Position numbers and translations under genes: made by a program
Notes under the pieces: generated by a model
Database searches by the model: none
What the model was told of the DNA's origin: nothing
What the model saw: only the letters and a program-made list of their open reading frames with translations
Source of the DNA: Malacoraja senta
Taxonomy: Eukaryota
Reading direction: 5' to 3'
Assembly (NCBI GenBank): GCA_038087875.1
Contig: CM075990.1
Span: forward strand, 2,420,001-2,484,000
DNA length: 64,000 bases
Shown: positions 44,155-57,521 of the stretch, piece by piece
Layout: each line of letters opens with the position of its first letter
How positions within the stretch are numbered: the stretch's first letter is position 1

Positions 44155-47100
44155 TGCAGTTTCAAGGACAGGCAGGGCAGCAGGCCAATCAACTCATGGC
44201 ATTATCATTGCATTTCATTTAATTTCCAATTAAGCATTGCACTTTCAAGCACAGGCAGGGCAGCAGTCCAAACAACTCATGACATTGTCATTAAGGGCTA
44301 ACAAATCATTTATTGCAAGTACATTGCAGACTCACAGTTCAGTTGATTCACAGCTTAGAATGACAGTCGTGGCCTCTCCCTCGCGATCTTGCATAGTGAC
44401 TGACTCATGTCCAGGCATCCGGGGTTTTATAGTCCTGCCCCAACCGGAAGGGGCATTACCTTCATCGCAGTGATTGACAGGCGAGAGGACCAATCAGCTG
44501 ATCTCAAGGATTTTTAAATACCCATAACTTTTTTATTGTTCATCGATGGGAAGAATCCTCGGGGCTGGCTCAGCGGAGGTGGAGTGTGAGTAAGATGGCC
44601 AAAAATCACAGCGTTACAGGGTAGCGTTTTTTCTAAGATCAATATACAGCACAGACAGGAAGTGGTCAAGATGAGACTTTTAATTATATAGATTCCGATA
44701 GACAGGATATACAGTACTTGGATTTGGAAAAGCGCGGACTGATATCCAGCATGGCATTGCTTGTGGGAAATCGTGTCTCATGAATTTGATTGAGTTTTTA
44801 GAAGAGGTGACAAAGAAGATTGATGAGGGTAGTGCTGTAAGCATTGTCTACCTGGACTTTAGCAAAGCCTTTTGCAAAGTACCGCATGTAGGCTGGCCTG
44901 AAAGGTTGGATCACATGTGACCAAAACTAACTTGAAGTTTAATTTAGTTTAGTTTAAAGTTTATTGTCACGTGTAAAACTTTTGTTGGGTGCTAACCAGT
45001 CAGCGGAAAGACGGTACATGATTACAATCGAGCCATTTACAGTGAAATAAATGCACGATAAGGGAATATCATTTAGTGGAAGGTAGAGCAAGTCAAGTCT
45101 GATCAATGATAGTCCGAGGGTCACCAATGAGGTAGACAGGAGTTTAGGACTGCTCTCTAGTTGTGGTAGGAGACAGAGGGCAATGGTACATGGTGGATGG
45201 TATAGGAACAGTGAAGAAGATTACCAAAGATTACAACAGGATCTAGATGAACTGGGGAAATGAGCCAAGGAATGGTAGATGGAATTTAACTCAGACAAGC
45301 GTGAGGTGCTGCATTTTGGGAAGTTAAACTAGGGCAGGACTTCCATCGTAAATAGAAGAGCCATTGAGATTGTTGCAGAATAGAGAGATGGTCGGCACGG
45401 TGGTGCAGAGGTAGAGCTACTGTCTTACAGCGCCAGAGATCCAGGTTCGATCCTGATTACGGGTGCTTGTCTGTACAGAGTTTGTAGATTCTCCCTGAGA
45501 TCTTAGGTTTCCTCCCACATTCCAAAGTACAGGTTTGTAGGTTAATTGGCTTGGTATAGATGTAAAATTGTCCCTAATGTCTGTAGGGAAGTGTTAATGT
45601 GCGGGGATCGCTGGTCGGTGCGGACTCAGTGGGGCGAAGGGCCTGTTTCCGTGCTGTATATCTAAACTAAACTAAACTAAACTAAACTGATGGGTACGAG
45701 AATGATCCCAGGAATGAGTGGGTTAACATATGATGAGCGTTTGACGGCACTTGGCTTTAATCGCTGGAGTTTAGAAGGATGAGGAGGGACCTCATTGAAA
45801 CTTACTGAATACTGAAAGGCCTGGATAGAGTTAGAGTTACAGTTACAGTTTAGTTTATTGTCACGTGTGCCGAGGTTGAGTGAAAGGATTTTGTTGCGTG
45901 CTATCCACTCAGCAGAAAGACAATACGTGATTGCAATCGAGCCATTCACAGTGTACAGACACATGACAATAGAATGACGTTTATTGCAAGGTAAAGCCAG
46001 CAAAGTTCAATCAAGGATAGTCTGAGGGTCACCAATGAGGTAGATAGTAGTTCAAGACTGCTCTCTGGTTGGAGTAGGATGATTCAGTTGCCTGATAACA
46101 GCTGGGAAGGAACTGTCCCTGAATCTCCCCCCCTCCCTAGAAGGGTCTTGACCCAAAATGTCGCCTATTCCTTTTCTCCATAGATGCTGCCTCACCCGCT
46201 GAGTTTCTTGAGCATTTTTTGTCTACCCTGAATCTGCAGGTGTACGTATTCACACTTCTATGCCTTTTGCCTGATGGGAGAGGAGAGAAGACGGGAGTGG
46301 CCAGGGCGCGACTTGTCCTTTGATTATGCTGCTGGCCTTGCCGAGGCAGCATGAGGTATAAATAGAGTCAAAAAAAGGAGGTTGGTTTGTGTGATGGTCT
46401 GGGCTGCATCCACAATTTGCTGCAATTTCTTGCAGTCTTGGATGGAGCTGTTCCCAAACCAAGCAGTGATGCATCCTGATAAAAATGTTGTCTACGGCGC
46501 ATCTATAGAAGTTGGTGAGAGTTGTAGGGGACATGTCGAACTTCCTCAGCCTTCTAAGGAAATAGAGGCATTGGGGTGTTTTCTTGGTCGTTGCTTCAAT
46601 ATGGGTGGTCCAGGAGAAGTTGTTGGTGAGTTGTTGGAGAAGTGGATGTGGAGAGGATGTTTCCGCTAGTGGGAGAGTCTTGGACCAGAGGTCATAGCCT
46701 CAGAATAAAAGGGAGTTTCTTTTGGAAGGAGATGAGGAGGAATTTCTTTAGTCAGAGGGTGGTGAATCTGTGAAATTTATTGCCACAGAAGTCTATGGAT
46801 ATTTTTGAGGCAGAGATAGATAGATTCTTGATTAGTACAGGTGTCAGGGGTTCTCCCCTCTCCCATTGATCAAAAGGTATAGAAGTGTGAATACGCACAC
46901 CTCCAGATTCAGAGACAGTTTCTTCCCAGCTGTTATCAGGCAACTGAATCATCCTACCACAACTAGGGAGCAGTCCTGAGATACTATCTACTTCAATGGA
47001 GTCTCTCAGACTATTTTTGATCGGACTTTACTTGCTTTATCTTGCACTAAACATTATTCACGTTATTCCCTTATCATGTATCTATACACTGTAAATGACT

Positions 47101-49189
47101 CGATTGTAATCACGTATTGTCTGACTGGTTGGCACGCAACAAAGCTTTTCACTGTACCTCGGTACACGTGGCAATAAACTAAACTAAACAAAACTAAGCT
47201 GCCCTGTCCTCCCATGGACCTTAGTTACGATCAGATCAAACATCTCGTGACTCAGAGGCAGCGTTCCAGAGTTTCGTTTAGTTTAGTTTGGAGATGCAAC
47301 ATGGAATCTGGCCCTATGGTTCACCGAGTCTGAGCCGACCAGTGACCACCGTACACCAGTAGTATTCTACACACCAAGGACAATTTACAACCCAGGCCAA
47401 TTAACCTCCAAATGTACGTCTTTTGAATGTGGCAGGAAACCGGAGCACCCGGAGGAAACCCACGCAGGTCATGGGGAGAATGTACAAACTCCTTAGACAC
47501 AGCACCCGTAGTCAGGATCAGACCCGGGTCTCTGGCGATGTAAGGCAGCAACTCTACCGCTGTGCCACCCTGTTCTCAAAGAATTATAAAAACCCCATGT
47601 GATTTTTAAATAAAAAGGGATTTGAATAACAGTTCAAAAATTGTAAAACGCCACAAAGTAACAGTTTGCAAAATATGCTTAGTTTAGTTTAGTTTAGAGA
47701 TACAGTGTGGAAACAGGCCCTTCGGCCCACCGGGTCCGCGCCGACCAGTGATCCCCGCACATTAACACTATCCTACACCCACTAGGGACAATTTTTACAT
47801 TTACCAAGCCAATTAACCTACAAACCGAAGATCTCGGAGAAAACTCACGCAGATCACGGGGAAAACATACAAACTCCGTACAGACAGCACCCTTAGTCGG
47901 GATCGAACCCGGGTCTCTGGCGCTGCATTCGCTGTAAGGCAGCAACTCTACCGCTGCGCCACCGTGACCGATTAAAAGAGAAATGGGATACAGGAGACAC
48001 ACAGAACCGCAGATGCTCTCTGGAGAAGGTCCCGTCCTAAAACATCACCTATCCATGTTCTCCACAGATGCTCCGCGACCCGCTGAGTTACTCCACCACT
48101 TTGTCTTTCTTTAACGGAATATAGGATTGGGTAACACTTGGCTGTAATCGAGCTACAATGAGCATGTGCAGGAAGGAACAGCAGACGCTGGTTTACACCG
48201 AAGATAGACACAAAATGCTGGAGTAACTCAATGGGTCAGACTGCATCTCTGGAGAGAAGGAATGGGTGATGTTTTGGGGTCGAGACCCTTCATCACACTG
48301 AGAGTCAGGGGAAAGTGAAATGAGAGATAGAGAGGTGTTATTAAAACAAACAAATGAAAGATATGCACAAAAAGTAAAGACGATAAAGGAAACAGGCCAA
48401 TTATTGTATTTGTCCCTATTTCAGTCAGTTGTGATCTATTCACTAACAATGAAAACACAATGTTTTTAAGAAGGGTTCCGAAACGTTGGCTATCTCCTTC
48501 GCTCCATAGATGTTGCTGCACCCGCTGAGTTTCTCCAGCATTTTTGTGTACCTAATGAAAACACAATGGTAGGTAGACAAAAATGCTGGAGAAACTTAGC
48601 GGGTGAGGCAGCATCTATGGAGCGAAAGAATAGGTGACCCAAGGGTCGACACCTGAAAACGTCACCTATTCCTTCGCTCCATAGATGCTGCCTCACTCAC
48701 TGAATTTATCCAGTATTTTTTGTCTACCTTCGATTTTTCCAGAATCTGCAGTTCTTTCTTAAACAAAACACAATGGTATGTAAGTCCCTATACCTCCTCT
48801 CTCAACATTTCCAAGAGAGACAGAGGTTCCTGTACACCTCGTCTAACCTCATCTACTGCATCTGGTGTTCCCGATGTGGCCTCCTGCACATCGGCGAGAC
48901 CAAGCGTAGACTTTCGCCAAAAAACTGGAACTCGGTCCGCCAAGGCTTGCAGGATCTCCCGGTTGCTAAGCTTTTTAACTGCCCTTCCAATTCCCACACT
49001 AACCTCCTCCATTGCTAGAATGGAATGAATACTTTATTGTCACATGTGACAAGGCACAGTGAAATTCTTTGCTTGCACACCCAAGGTATGCAATTAGTTG
49101 CCACATAAAGGGTACTGATAAAGGTACAAAGTACGCCCTCGCCGGCTCCTCCTTTGTTCTCCCCCCTCCCCTGTCCCTCTCCGTCTCCC

Positions 49190-50610
49190 TGCTACAGATC
49201 AGATCAGTGTGTCCATATACCATATATATACACATAAATAAACAGATAAAGTGCAATAGGCTGTTATAGTTCAGAGTTGGTTGTGTTTAATAGCCTGATG
49301 GCTGTGGGGAAGTAGCTGTTCCTGAACCTGGATGTTGCAGATTTCAGGCACCTTCTACCTGATGGCAGAAGAGAGATGAGTGTATGGCCAGGATGGTGAG
49401 GGTCCTTGATGATACTGCCAGCCTTTTTGAGGCAGCGACTGCGATAGATCCCCTCGATGGTAGGGGGGTCAGAGCCGATGATGGTCTGGGCAGTGTTTAC
49501 AACTTTTTGCAGCCTTTTCTGCTCCTGGATGCTCAAGTTGCCGAACCAAGCCACGATGCAACCGGTCAGCGTGCTCTCTGCTGTGCACCTATAGAAGTTC
49601 GAGAGAGTCCTCCTTGACATACCGACTCATCGTAATCTTCTCAGGAAGTAGAGGCGATGATGTGTTTTCTTTATGATTGCATTAGTGTTCTGGGACCAGG
49701 AGATATCTTCGGAAATATGCACGTCCAGGAATTTGAAATTCTTGTGCCTTTCCACCATCGACCCGTTGATATAAACGGGATTGTGGGTCTCTATCCTACC
49801 TCTTCCGAAGTCCACAATCAGTTCCTTGGTTTTGCTGGTGTGGAGATCCAGGTTATTGTGCTGGCCCCATTTGGTCAATCGGTCGATTTCACTTCTATAC
49901 TCTGCCTCGTCCCCATCAGTGATATGTCCCACAATAATGGTGTCGTCGGCGAACTTGATGATGGAGTTCGCACTATGTCCAGCTACGTAGTCATGAGTAT
50001 AGAGTGAGTACAGCAGGGGGCTGAGCACGCAGCCTTGAGGTGCTCCCGTGCTGATTGTTATCGAGGATGACACATTTCCACCAATACGGACAGACTGTGG
50101 TCTGTGGATGAGGAAGTCGAGGATCCAATTGCAGAGGGATGCGCAGAGACCCAGTTCTGAGAGCTTGGTAACCATCTTGGAGGGGATGATAGTATTAAAT
50201 GCCGAGCTGTAGTCAATGAATAACAGCCTGACATATGAGTTTTTGTTGTCCAAGTGGTCCAGAGCGGAGTGGAGAGCCAGTGAGATCGTATCCACCGTTG
50301 ATCTGTTGTGGCGGTAAGCAAACTGCAGTGGATCCAGTTCCTTGTCGAGGTAGGAGTTGATATGTGCCATGATCAGCCTCTCAAAGCACTTCATCACCAC
50401 AGACATTAGTGCCACTGGTCGATAGTAATTGAGGCACGTCACCTTGCTCCTTCTTAGGCACCGGTATTATTGATGCCCTTTTAAAGCAGGTGGGAACATC
50501 AGACCTCAGAACTGAGAGGTTGAAAATGTCCGTAGAAACTCCAGCCAGTTGGTCCGCACAGGTTTTTAGAACACAGCCAGGTATACCATCAGGCCCAGGC
50601 GCTTTCTGAA
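49190..50610 (-). mobile_element. Rex1/Babar-type LINE fragment
   Basis: [39 protein letters not shown]; one stop at ~49627. Confidence 0.9.
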
Positions 50611-50864
50611 CTGCAGATGCTGATTTAGTTTAGTTTAGTTTAGAGATCCAGCGCGGAAACAGGCTCTTCAGCCCACCGACTCCGCACCGACCAGTGATCC
50701 CCGCATATTAACACTATCCTACACACTAGGGATAATTTACATTTATACCAAGCCAATTAACCTACAAACCTGTACATCTTTGGAGTGTGGGAGGAAACCG
50801 AAGATCTTGGAGAAAACCCACGCAGGTCACATGGAGAAAGTACAAACTCCGAACAGACTGCACC

Positions 50865-51930
50865 TAGAAACTTAGAAACATGAAAACATAGAAACATAGA
50901 AACACAGAAACATAGAAAATAGTGCAGGAGTAGGCCATTTGGTCCTTCGAACAAGCACCGCCATTCAATATGATTGACATTGATCAACCAAAAGCAGTGC
51001 CTCGTTCCTGCTTTCTCCCCATATACCTTGATTCAGTTAGTCCCAAGAGCTAAATCGAACTCTCTCTTGAAAATATCCAGTGAATAGTCTCCACTGCCTT
51101 CTGTGGCAGAAAATTCCACAGATTCACGACTCTCTGTGTGAATCTTTTTTTCCTCATCTCGGTCCAAAATGGCCTACCCCTTATTCTTAAACTGTGACTC
51201 TTGGTTCTGGACTCCCCCAACATCGGGAACATTTTTCCTGCATCTAGCCTGTCCAATCCCTTAATAATTTTATATGTTTCTTTAAAATACCCTCTCATCC
51301 TAAATTCCAGTGAATATAAGGCCAGCCGACCCATTCTTTCATCATATGTCAGTACCACCATCCCGGGAATTAACCTGGTGAACCTACGCTGCACTCCCTT
51401 AATAGCAATAATGTCCTTCCTCAAATTAGAACAAAACTGCACACAATACTCCAGGTGCGGTCTCACCAGGGCCCTGTACAACTGCAGTAGGACCTCCTTG
51501 CTCCTAAACTCAAATCCTCTCACTATGGCCAAAATGCCATTAGCTTTCTTCACTGCCTGCTGTACCTGCATGCTTACTTTCAGTGACTGATGTACAAGCA
51601 CACCCAGGTCTCATTGCACCTCCCCTCTTCCTTATCTGACACCATTCATATAATAATCTGCCTTCCTGTTCTTGCCACCAAAGTGGATAACCTCACATCC
51701 ATCCCCATTATACTGCATCTGCCATGCATCTGCCCACTCACCCAACCTATCCAAGTCACTCTGCAGCCTCATAGCATCCTCCTTGCAGCTCACACTGCCA
51801 CCCAGTATTGTGTCATCTGCAAACTTGGAGATGTTACATTTAATTCCCTCATCTAAATCGTTAATATATATTGTAAATAACTGGGGTCCCAGCACTGAGC
51901 CTTGCAGCACCCAACTAGTCACTGCAGTGA
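50865..51930 (-). mobile_element. HER1-like CR1 LINE fragment
   Basis: QGSVLGP, KFADD, RPHLEYCVQF; (AGAAACAT)n tail. Confidence 0.9.
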
Positions 51931-54900
51931 CTTGAACAGACAAACACCCGTAGTCAGGATCGAACCCTGGTCTGTGGCTCTGTGAGGCAGCAACTCTACC
52001 GCTACGCCACCGTGCCACGCTAGTTATGGGGAGAGATTAGATGGGTTTGTTTGTGAAGGAGGCATTTGAACCCTTGAATCGCTGAGGCAATTTGGACTAT
52101 GGACCAAGTTCACACGTTCATAAGTGACAGGAGCAGAATGAGGGTAGTCGGCCCATCTGTCTTTCTCCCTCAACCTAATTCTTCTGCCTTCTCTCTGTAA
52201 CCTTTGACACCCCTTCCAAATCAAGATTTTCTCAATCTACACTTTTAAAATACATGATGATTTGACCTCCATAGCAGTCTGAAGCAATGAATTCCACAGA
52301 TTCATCACCTTCTGTTGAAGAAATTCCTCCTCATCTCCTTTCTAAAGGTACATCCTTTTACTCTGTGGCCTCTTGACCTACGCTTTCCCACTACTGGAAA
52401 CATCCTCTCCACGTCCACTCTATCCAGGCCTAACATAACTCGGAAAGTCTGAATGAGGTCGTCCCCCCCCCTCGTCCTTCTGAACCCCAGCGGGCACAGG
52501 CCCAGTGCCGTCAAACGCTCATCGTACGGTAACCCACTTCATCCCCGAGGGTCGTCCCGTGCAGACCCATGCTGGAGATGCGACACGGTAATCTCACATC
52601 CGAATCCGTGTTGAACGCATGAGATGCGGCACAGATCTGTTCTCCTGAGCCCTGCGCACTTTGGCAGAGAGTACAGAGAGTACAGCGCAGCAGAGAACTT
52701 CACGCAAGTGAGCGAAGCCTATTCACTGCTGTCAAAACAGATGGCAGCAAATGGCACAAAATCATACAGGCATGATGTCAGTTCATAGCATCTTGTCGAC
52801 ATACTTGATTTAATCATCTCGCAGCCGATTCCGCTTGTGAACCCATATGGTCGCGGAGCCAAATGAACCTCTTAGATTGCATTTACAATCTGGCACTTTA
52901 ATCATTGCGAACAGTGATAAAAGAGCAGAGTCTTGGCACAGGGAACGCAGGCAGCGATATAAAGGGAAAAGCTTTGAAACTTTTGACAGGTCTGAACAAA
53001 AGTGTGTGGCAGGCAGGTAGAGCACTCAAACTATTTGTCTCCTCAAAGAGAAACTTTTAACTGCGCTGTAACGCACTCTGATTCCCCCCCACAAGATTGC
53101 ATCATTTTGATTCCCCTTCATTTTATCACAGTATGGCTTTTTGATGGTATGATAATTCATTGCTGAGTTCTCATTTACCCCCTGCTGTGAGTTGTCTGCG
53201 CACTGCAATTTTTAAACCAGAGGGGGAAAATATTTTAAAGGCAGCCAGTGCCGTTACAGCAAGGATGGAAAGTGGCATTTATATATATTTTCCAATCTCA
53301 ATCTGTTTCTTTCCTGTTGCAGTAAGTTAAGAGTCATAGAGTGATACAGTGTGGAACAGGCCCTTTGGCCCAACTTGCCCATACCGGCCAACAATGGCCC
53401 AGCTACACTGGTCCCACCAGCCCGCGCTTGGTCCATGTCTCTCCAAACCTGTCATATCCATGTACCTGTCTAACTGTTTCTTAAACGTTGGGATAGTCCC
53501 AGCCCCAACTACCTCCTCTGGAAGCTTGTTCCATACACCCACTAGCCTTTGTGTGAAAAAGTTACCCCTCGGATTCCTATTAAATCTTTTCCCCTTCACC
53601 TTAACCCTACAGTATGTCCTCTGGTCCTCGATTCCCCTACTCTGGGCAAGAGATTCTGTGCATCTACCCGATCTATTCCTCTCGTGATTTTGAACACCTC
53701 AGTAAGATCGCCCCTCATCCTCCTGCGCTCCATGGAGTAGCGACCCTGCCTATTTCTGTAACCAGATGGGTTTCCTCTGGGTGCTCCGATTTCTTCCCCT
53801 CATCCCAAATTATGCGGGGTTTGAAGGTTAATTGGCTTCTGTAAATTGTCCCTAGTGTGTAGGATAGAGCTAGTGTACGGGTGATTGTTGGTGTGCGTGG
53901 ACTCGATGGGCCGAAGGGCCTGTTTCTGCGCTGTATCTCTAAACTAAACTAAACTAAACTAAAGTCACTGCCTGAGCCTAGCTACAGGAAAGATATTATT
54001 AAGTTGGAAAGGGTGAAAGAAAAGATTCACCAGGAATCACCAGGATCCACGGTGGCGCAGCGGTAGAATTGTTGCCTTACAACGCTTGCAGCACCGGCGA
54101 CACGGGTTCAATCCCGACTACGGGTGCTGTCTGTACGGAGTTTGTACATTCTCCCCATGACCTGCGTGGGTTTTCTCTGAGATCTTCGGTTTCCTCCCAC
54201 ACTCCAAAGACGTACCGGTAAGTAAATTAATTGGCTTGGTATAAGTGTAAATTGTCGCTCGTGTGGGGTGGGAGATTGCAACCTTCACGTGGTGCGCCCT
54301 GCACAATCAGATAAGATCAAATAGAACAAGTTGTCCTACAACTCTAGGCTGTGCACGCCATACGCAAGAAGAAGGAGAAGTCCCATAGTGTGTGAAGGAT
54401 TGTATTAATATGCGGGGATTGCTGGTTGGCGCGGACCCGGTCCGTAGGGCCCATTTCCGCGCTGTATCTCTAAACTAAACTAAACTATACGTGGGTTTAC
54501 AGGCTCGAGTTATAGGGTGAGGTTGGATAGGCTGGCCTATGAGCTTAGAAGGATGAAGGGTAAGCTTACTGATGTGTGCTAATGAATCTTTTTACCTGGG
54601 TAGAGGATTCTAAAACTAGAGGCCAATAGGCTTAATGAGAGAGGGGAGAGATTTAAGAGAAACCTCAGGAGCAACCTGTTCACTCAAGGTGGGGGGCTAG
54701 TTAGAGGTCACCTAAAATTGGAGAATTCAATGTTCACGCGTTGGGTTATAAGCTACCCAAGTGGAATATGAGTTGCTGCTCATCCAGTTTGCTTGTGACC
54801 TCACCCTGACATTGGAGGAGGCTCCACCAGGTCTGGATTCACCCGCAAAAGATATTTGGAGACATTAATGTTTAAAGTGTCGCCGAGGCGACAACTATCC

Positions 54901-55389
54901 TTTACCCCTTGAAATGCTGACGAATCCAAATGTTCTCCCCCTCAAACACCATCGTGTGTTGATGATCAATCACCAGACAGAATGACATTTCATCAATGGC
55001 AATGGGCTGGGTAACTCATGGACTTACAACAAACTTATGGGACGGAGACGCCAACATCAAAAGGGTGCGGAAGTAGTCACATGTGGAGAGACATGGAGAG
55101 TCCTTGATGTATTGATAACATGAGGGCCAACGTAGGTTTGTCATCTGTTGTACTGTACGAATATAGGAGTAAAGCTGTGAGGAGTGTGTAGGAAGGAACT
55201 GCAGATGCTGGTTTACACCAAAGACACACACAAAATGCTGGAGGAACTCAGTGGGTCAGGCAGCATCTCTGGAGAGAAGGAATGGGTGACGTTTGGGGGT
55301 GTTGAAGGAAGGTAAGACCTCATAGATATATAGGTGCAGGAGGAGTCCATTTGGCTCTTCCAGCCAGCACCGCCATTCAATATGATCAT

Positions 55390-55950
55390 AATAATAATAA
55401 TAATAATACATTTTATTTATATAGTGCTTTTCAAGGACTCAAAGTCGCTTTACATTGAGAGTCAAAAACAAAACAAAATAGAACAGTAAGACAGAGATGC
55501 AAAGGGGAGGGGGACATGGGACTAAGGGTATGCAGAGGTGAAGAGATGGGTCTTGAGGCGGGACTGGAAGATGGTGAGGGACTCAGAATTTCGGATCAGT
55601 TGTGGGAGGGAGTTCCAGAGCCTGGGAGCTGCCCTGGAGAAGGCTCTGTTTCCAAAAGTGCAGATGTTGGATTTCGGAATGGAGAGGAGATCGGCTGATG
55701 TGGATCTGAGGGACCGTGAGGGTTGGTAGGGGGATGAGGAGGTCAGTGAGATAAGGGGGGGGGCCAAGTGGTTGAGGGCTTTGTAGGTGAGGACCAGGAT
55801 TTTGTAGATGATCCGGTGGGAAATGGGAAGCCAGTGAAGTTCTTTGAGAACTGGGGTGATGTGGTGCCAGGATTTGGTGTGGGTAATGAGTCGGGCGGCT
55901 GCATTCTGGACCAGTTGGAGTCGGTTGATGTTGCTGGAATTAATGCCAAT
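55390..55950 (-). mobile_element. L2-clade LINE 3' fragment nested in a HER1 3'UTR
   Basis: LQLVQNAAARL, HITPVLKELHWLP, APRLWNSLP, LKTHLF; (ATT)n tail. Confidence 0.88.
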
Positions 55951-56606
55951 CATGGCTGATCATCCACAATCAGTACCCCATTCTTGCATTCTCCCCATAT
56001 CCCTTGATTCCGCTAGCCCTAAGAGCTCCATCTAACTCTCTTTTGAATGCATCCAGTGAATCGGCCTCCACTGCCCTCTGAGGCAGAGAATTCCACAAAT
56101 TCACAACTCTCTGTGTGAAAAAGTTTTTCCTCATCTCAGTTCTAAATGGCCTACCCCTTATTCTTAAACTGTGGCCCCTAGTTCTGGACTCCCCCAACAT
56201 TGGGAACATGTTTCCTGCATCTAGCCTGTCCAATCCCTTAATAATTTAAAATGTTTATATAAGATCCCCTCTCAACCTTCTTAATTCCAGTGAATACAAG
56301 CCCACCATCCCGGGAATTAACTTCGTGAACCTACGTTGCACTCCCTCAGTAGCAAGAATGACCTTCCGCAAATTAAGAGACCAAAACTGCACACAATACT
56401 TCAGGTGTAGTCTCACCAGGGCCCTGAACAACTGCAGAAGGACCTCATTGCTCCTATACTCAAATCCTCTTGTTATGAAGGCCAACATGCCATTAGCTTT
56501 CTTCACTGCCTGCTGTCCCTGCAGGCTTACTTTCAGTGACTGGAGTACAAGGACACCCAGGTCTTGTTGCACTTCCCCTTTTCCTAATCTGACACCATTC
56601 AGATAA
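55950..56606 (-). mobile_element. HER1-like CR1 LINE 3' fragment
   Basis: ORFs 55970..56233 and 56255..56572. Confidence 0.88.
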
Positions 56607-57178
56607 TGTGTAGTTTACACCCCAGCAGTATGAACATTGACTTCTCTAACTTCAGATAGTCCTTGCTATCTCTCTCCATCCCCTTCCCCTTCCCAGTTCT
56701 CCCACTAGTCTTACTGTCTCCGACTACATTCTATCTTTGTCCCGCCCCCTCCCCTGACATCAGTCTGAAGAAGGGTCTCGACCCGAAACGTCGCCCATTC
56801 CTTCCCTCCAGAGACGGTGCCTCACCCGCTGAGTTATTCCGGCATTTTGTGTCTACCATTCAGATAACAATCTGCCTTCTTGTTCTTGCCACCAAAGTAG
56901 AAAACCATTTTGAGGCAGCGACTCTTGTAGATCCCTTTGATGGTGGGTAATAATGAATACCGTCGAAAATATTTGTCGACGTCACTTATAAAATGCGCAG
57001 TCCAAGAGTGAGTTAAAATAAAGGCTGCCGCCATGAGTAAGTGTTGTCCTTCCTCATGTCCTGTTCATCTTGTTTTAGTCTTGCTGCAACAGTTTGTGAG
57101 CTACCTGTAACACTGGCTCCACCCAGAGCCTTGACGCACTCGGGACACCAAGGGACTGCATTTTTTGCATTATCCTCA

Positions 57179-57521
57179 TGGGCCTGTCCCACTTACGCAA
57201 CTTTTTCGGCGACTGCCGGCACCCGTCATCGGTCGTCGCAGGTCGGTGAAACGTTCAAACATGTTGAAAATCCAGCGGCGACCAGAAAGACGCTACGACT
57301 CTTTGGGCGACTGAGGAGACGACTCACGACCATACAGGCGACACCCCGGTCACATGTCGCAGGGTGAAGCCTGTATGGTCGTGAGTAGTCGCCCAAAGAG
57401 TCGTACCTTGTTCTGGTCGCCGCTGGATTTTCAACATGTTGAGAATTTTCGGCGACCTGCGCGACGACCGATGACGGGTGCCAGTAGTCGCCGAAAAAGC
57501 CGCGTAAGTGGGTCGGGCCCA
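57179..57521. mobile_element. PIF/Harbinger-type MITE, near-palindromic (third subfamily)
   Basis: TIR TGGGCCTGTCCCACTTACG...CGTAAGTGGGTCGGGCCCA; the arms pair over most of the length. Confidence 0.8.

Larger units (their letters stand above)
43333..44693 (+). mobile_element. Non-autonomous Helitron2/Helentron-like element
   Basis: 5' ACTAG then the GGGACCCA-T-TGGGTCCC hairpin; 3' end ATTATATAGAT; T on both flanks and no TSD; internal microsatellite and minisatellite. Confidence 0.6.

Noticed and set aside
54879..54894. Palindrome TGTCGCC-GA-GGCGACA
   Set aside because: A single 7-bp stem is expected by chance in 64 kb.
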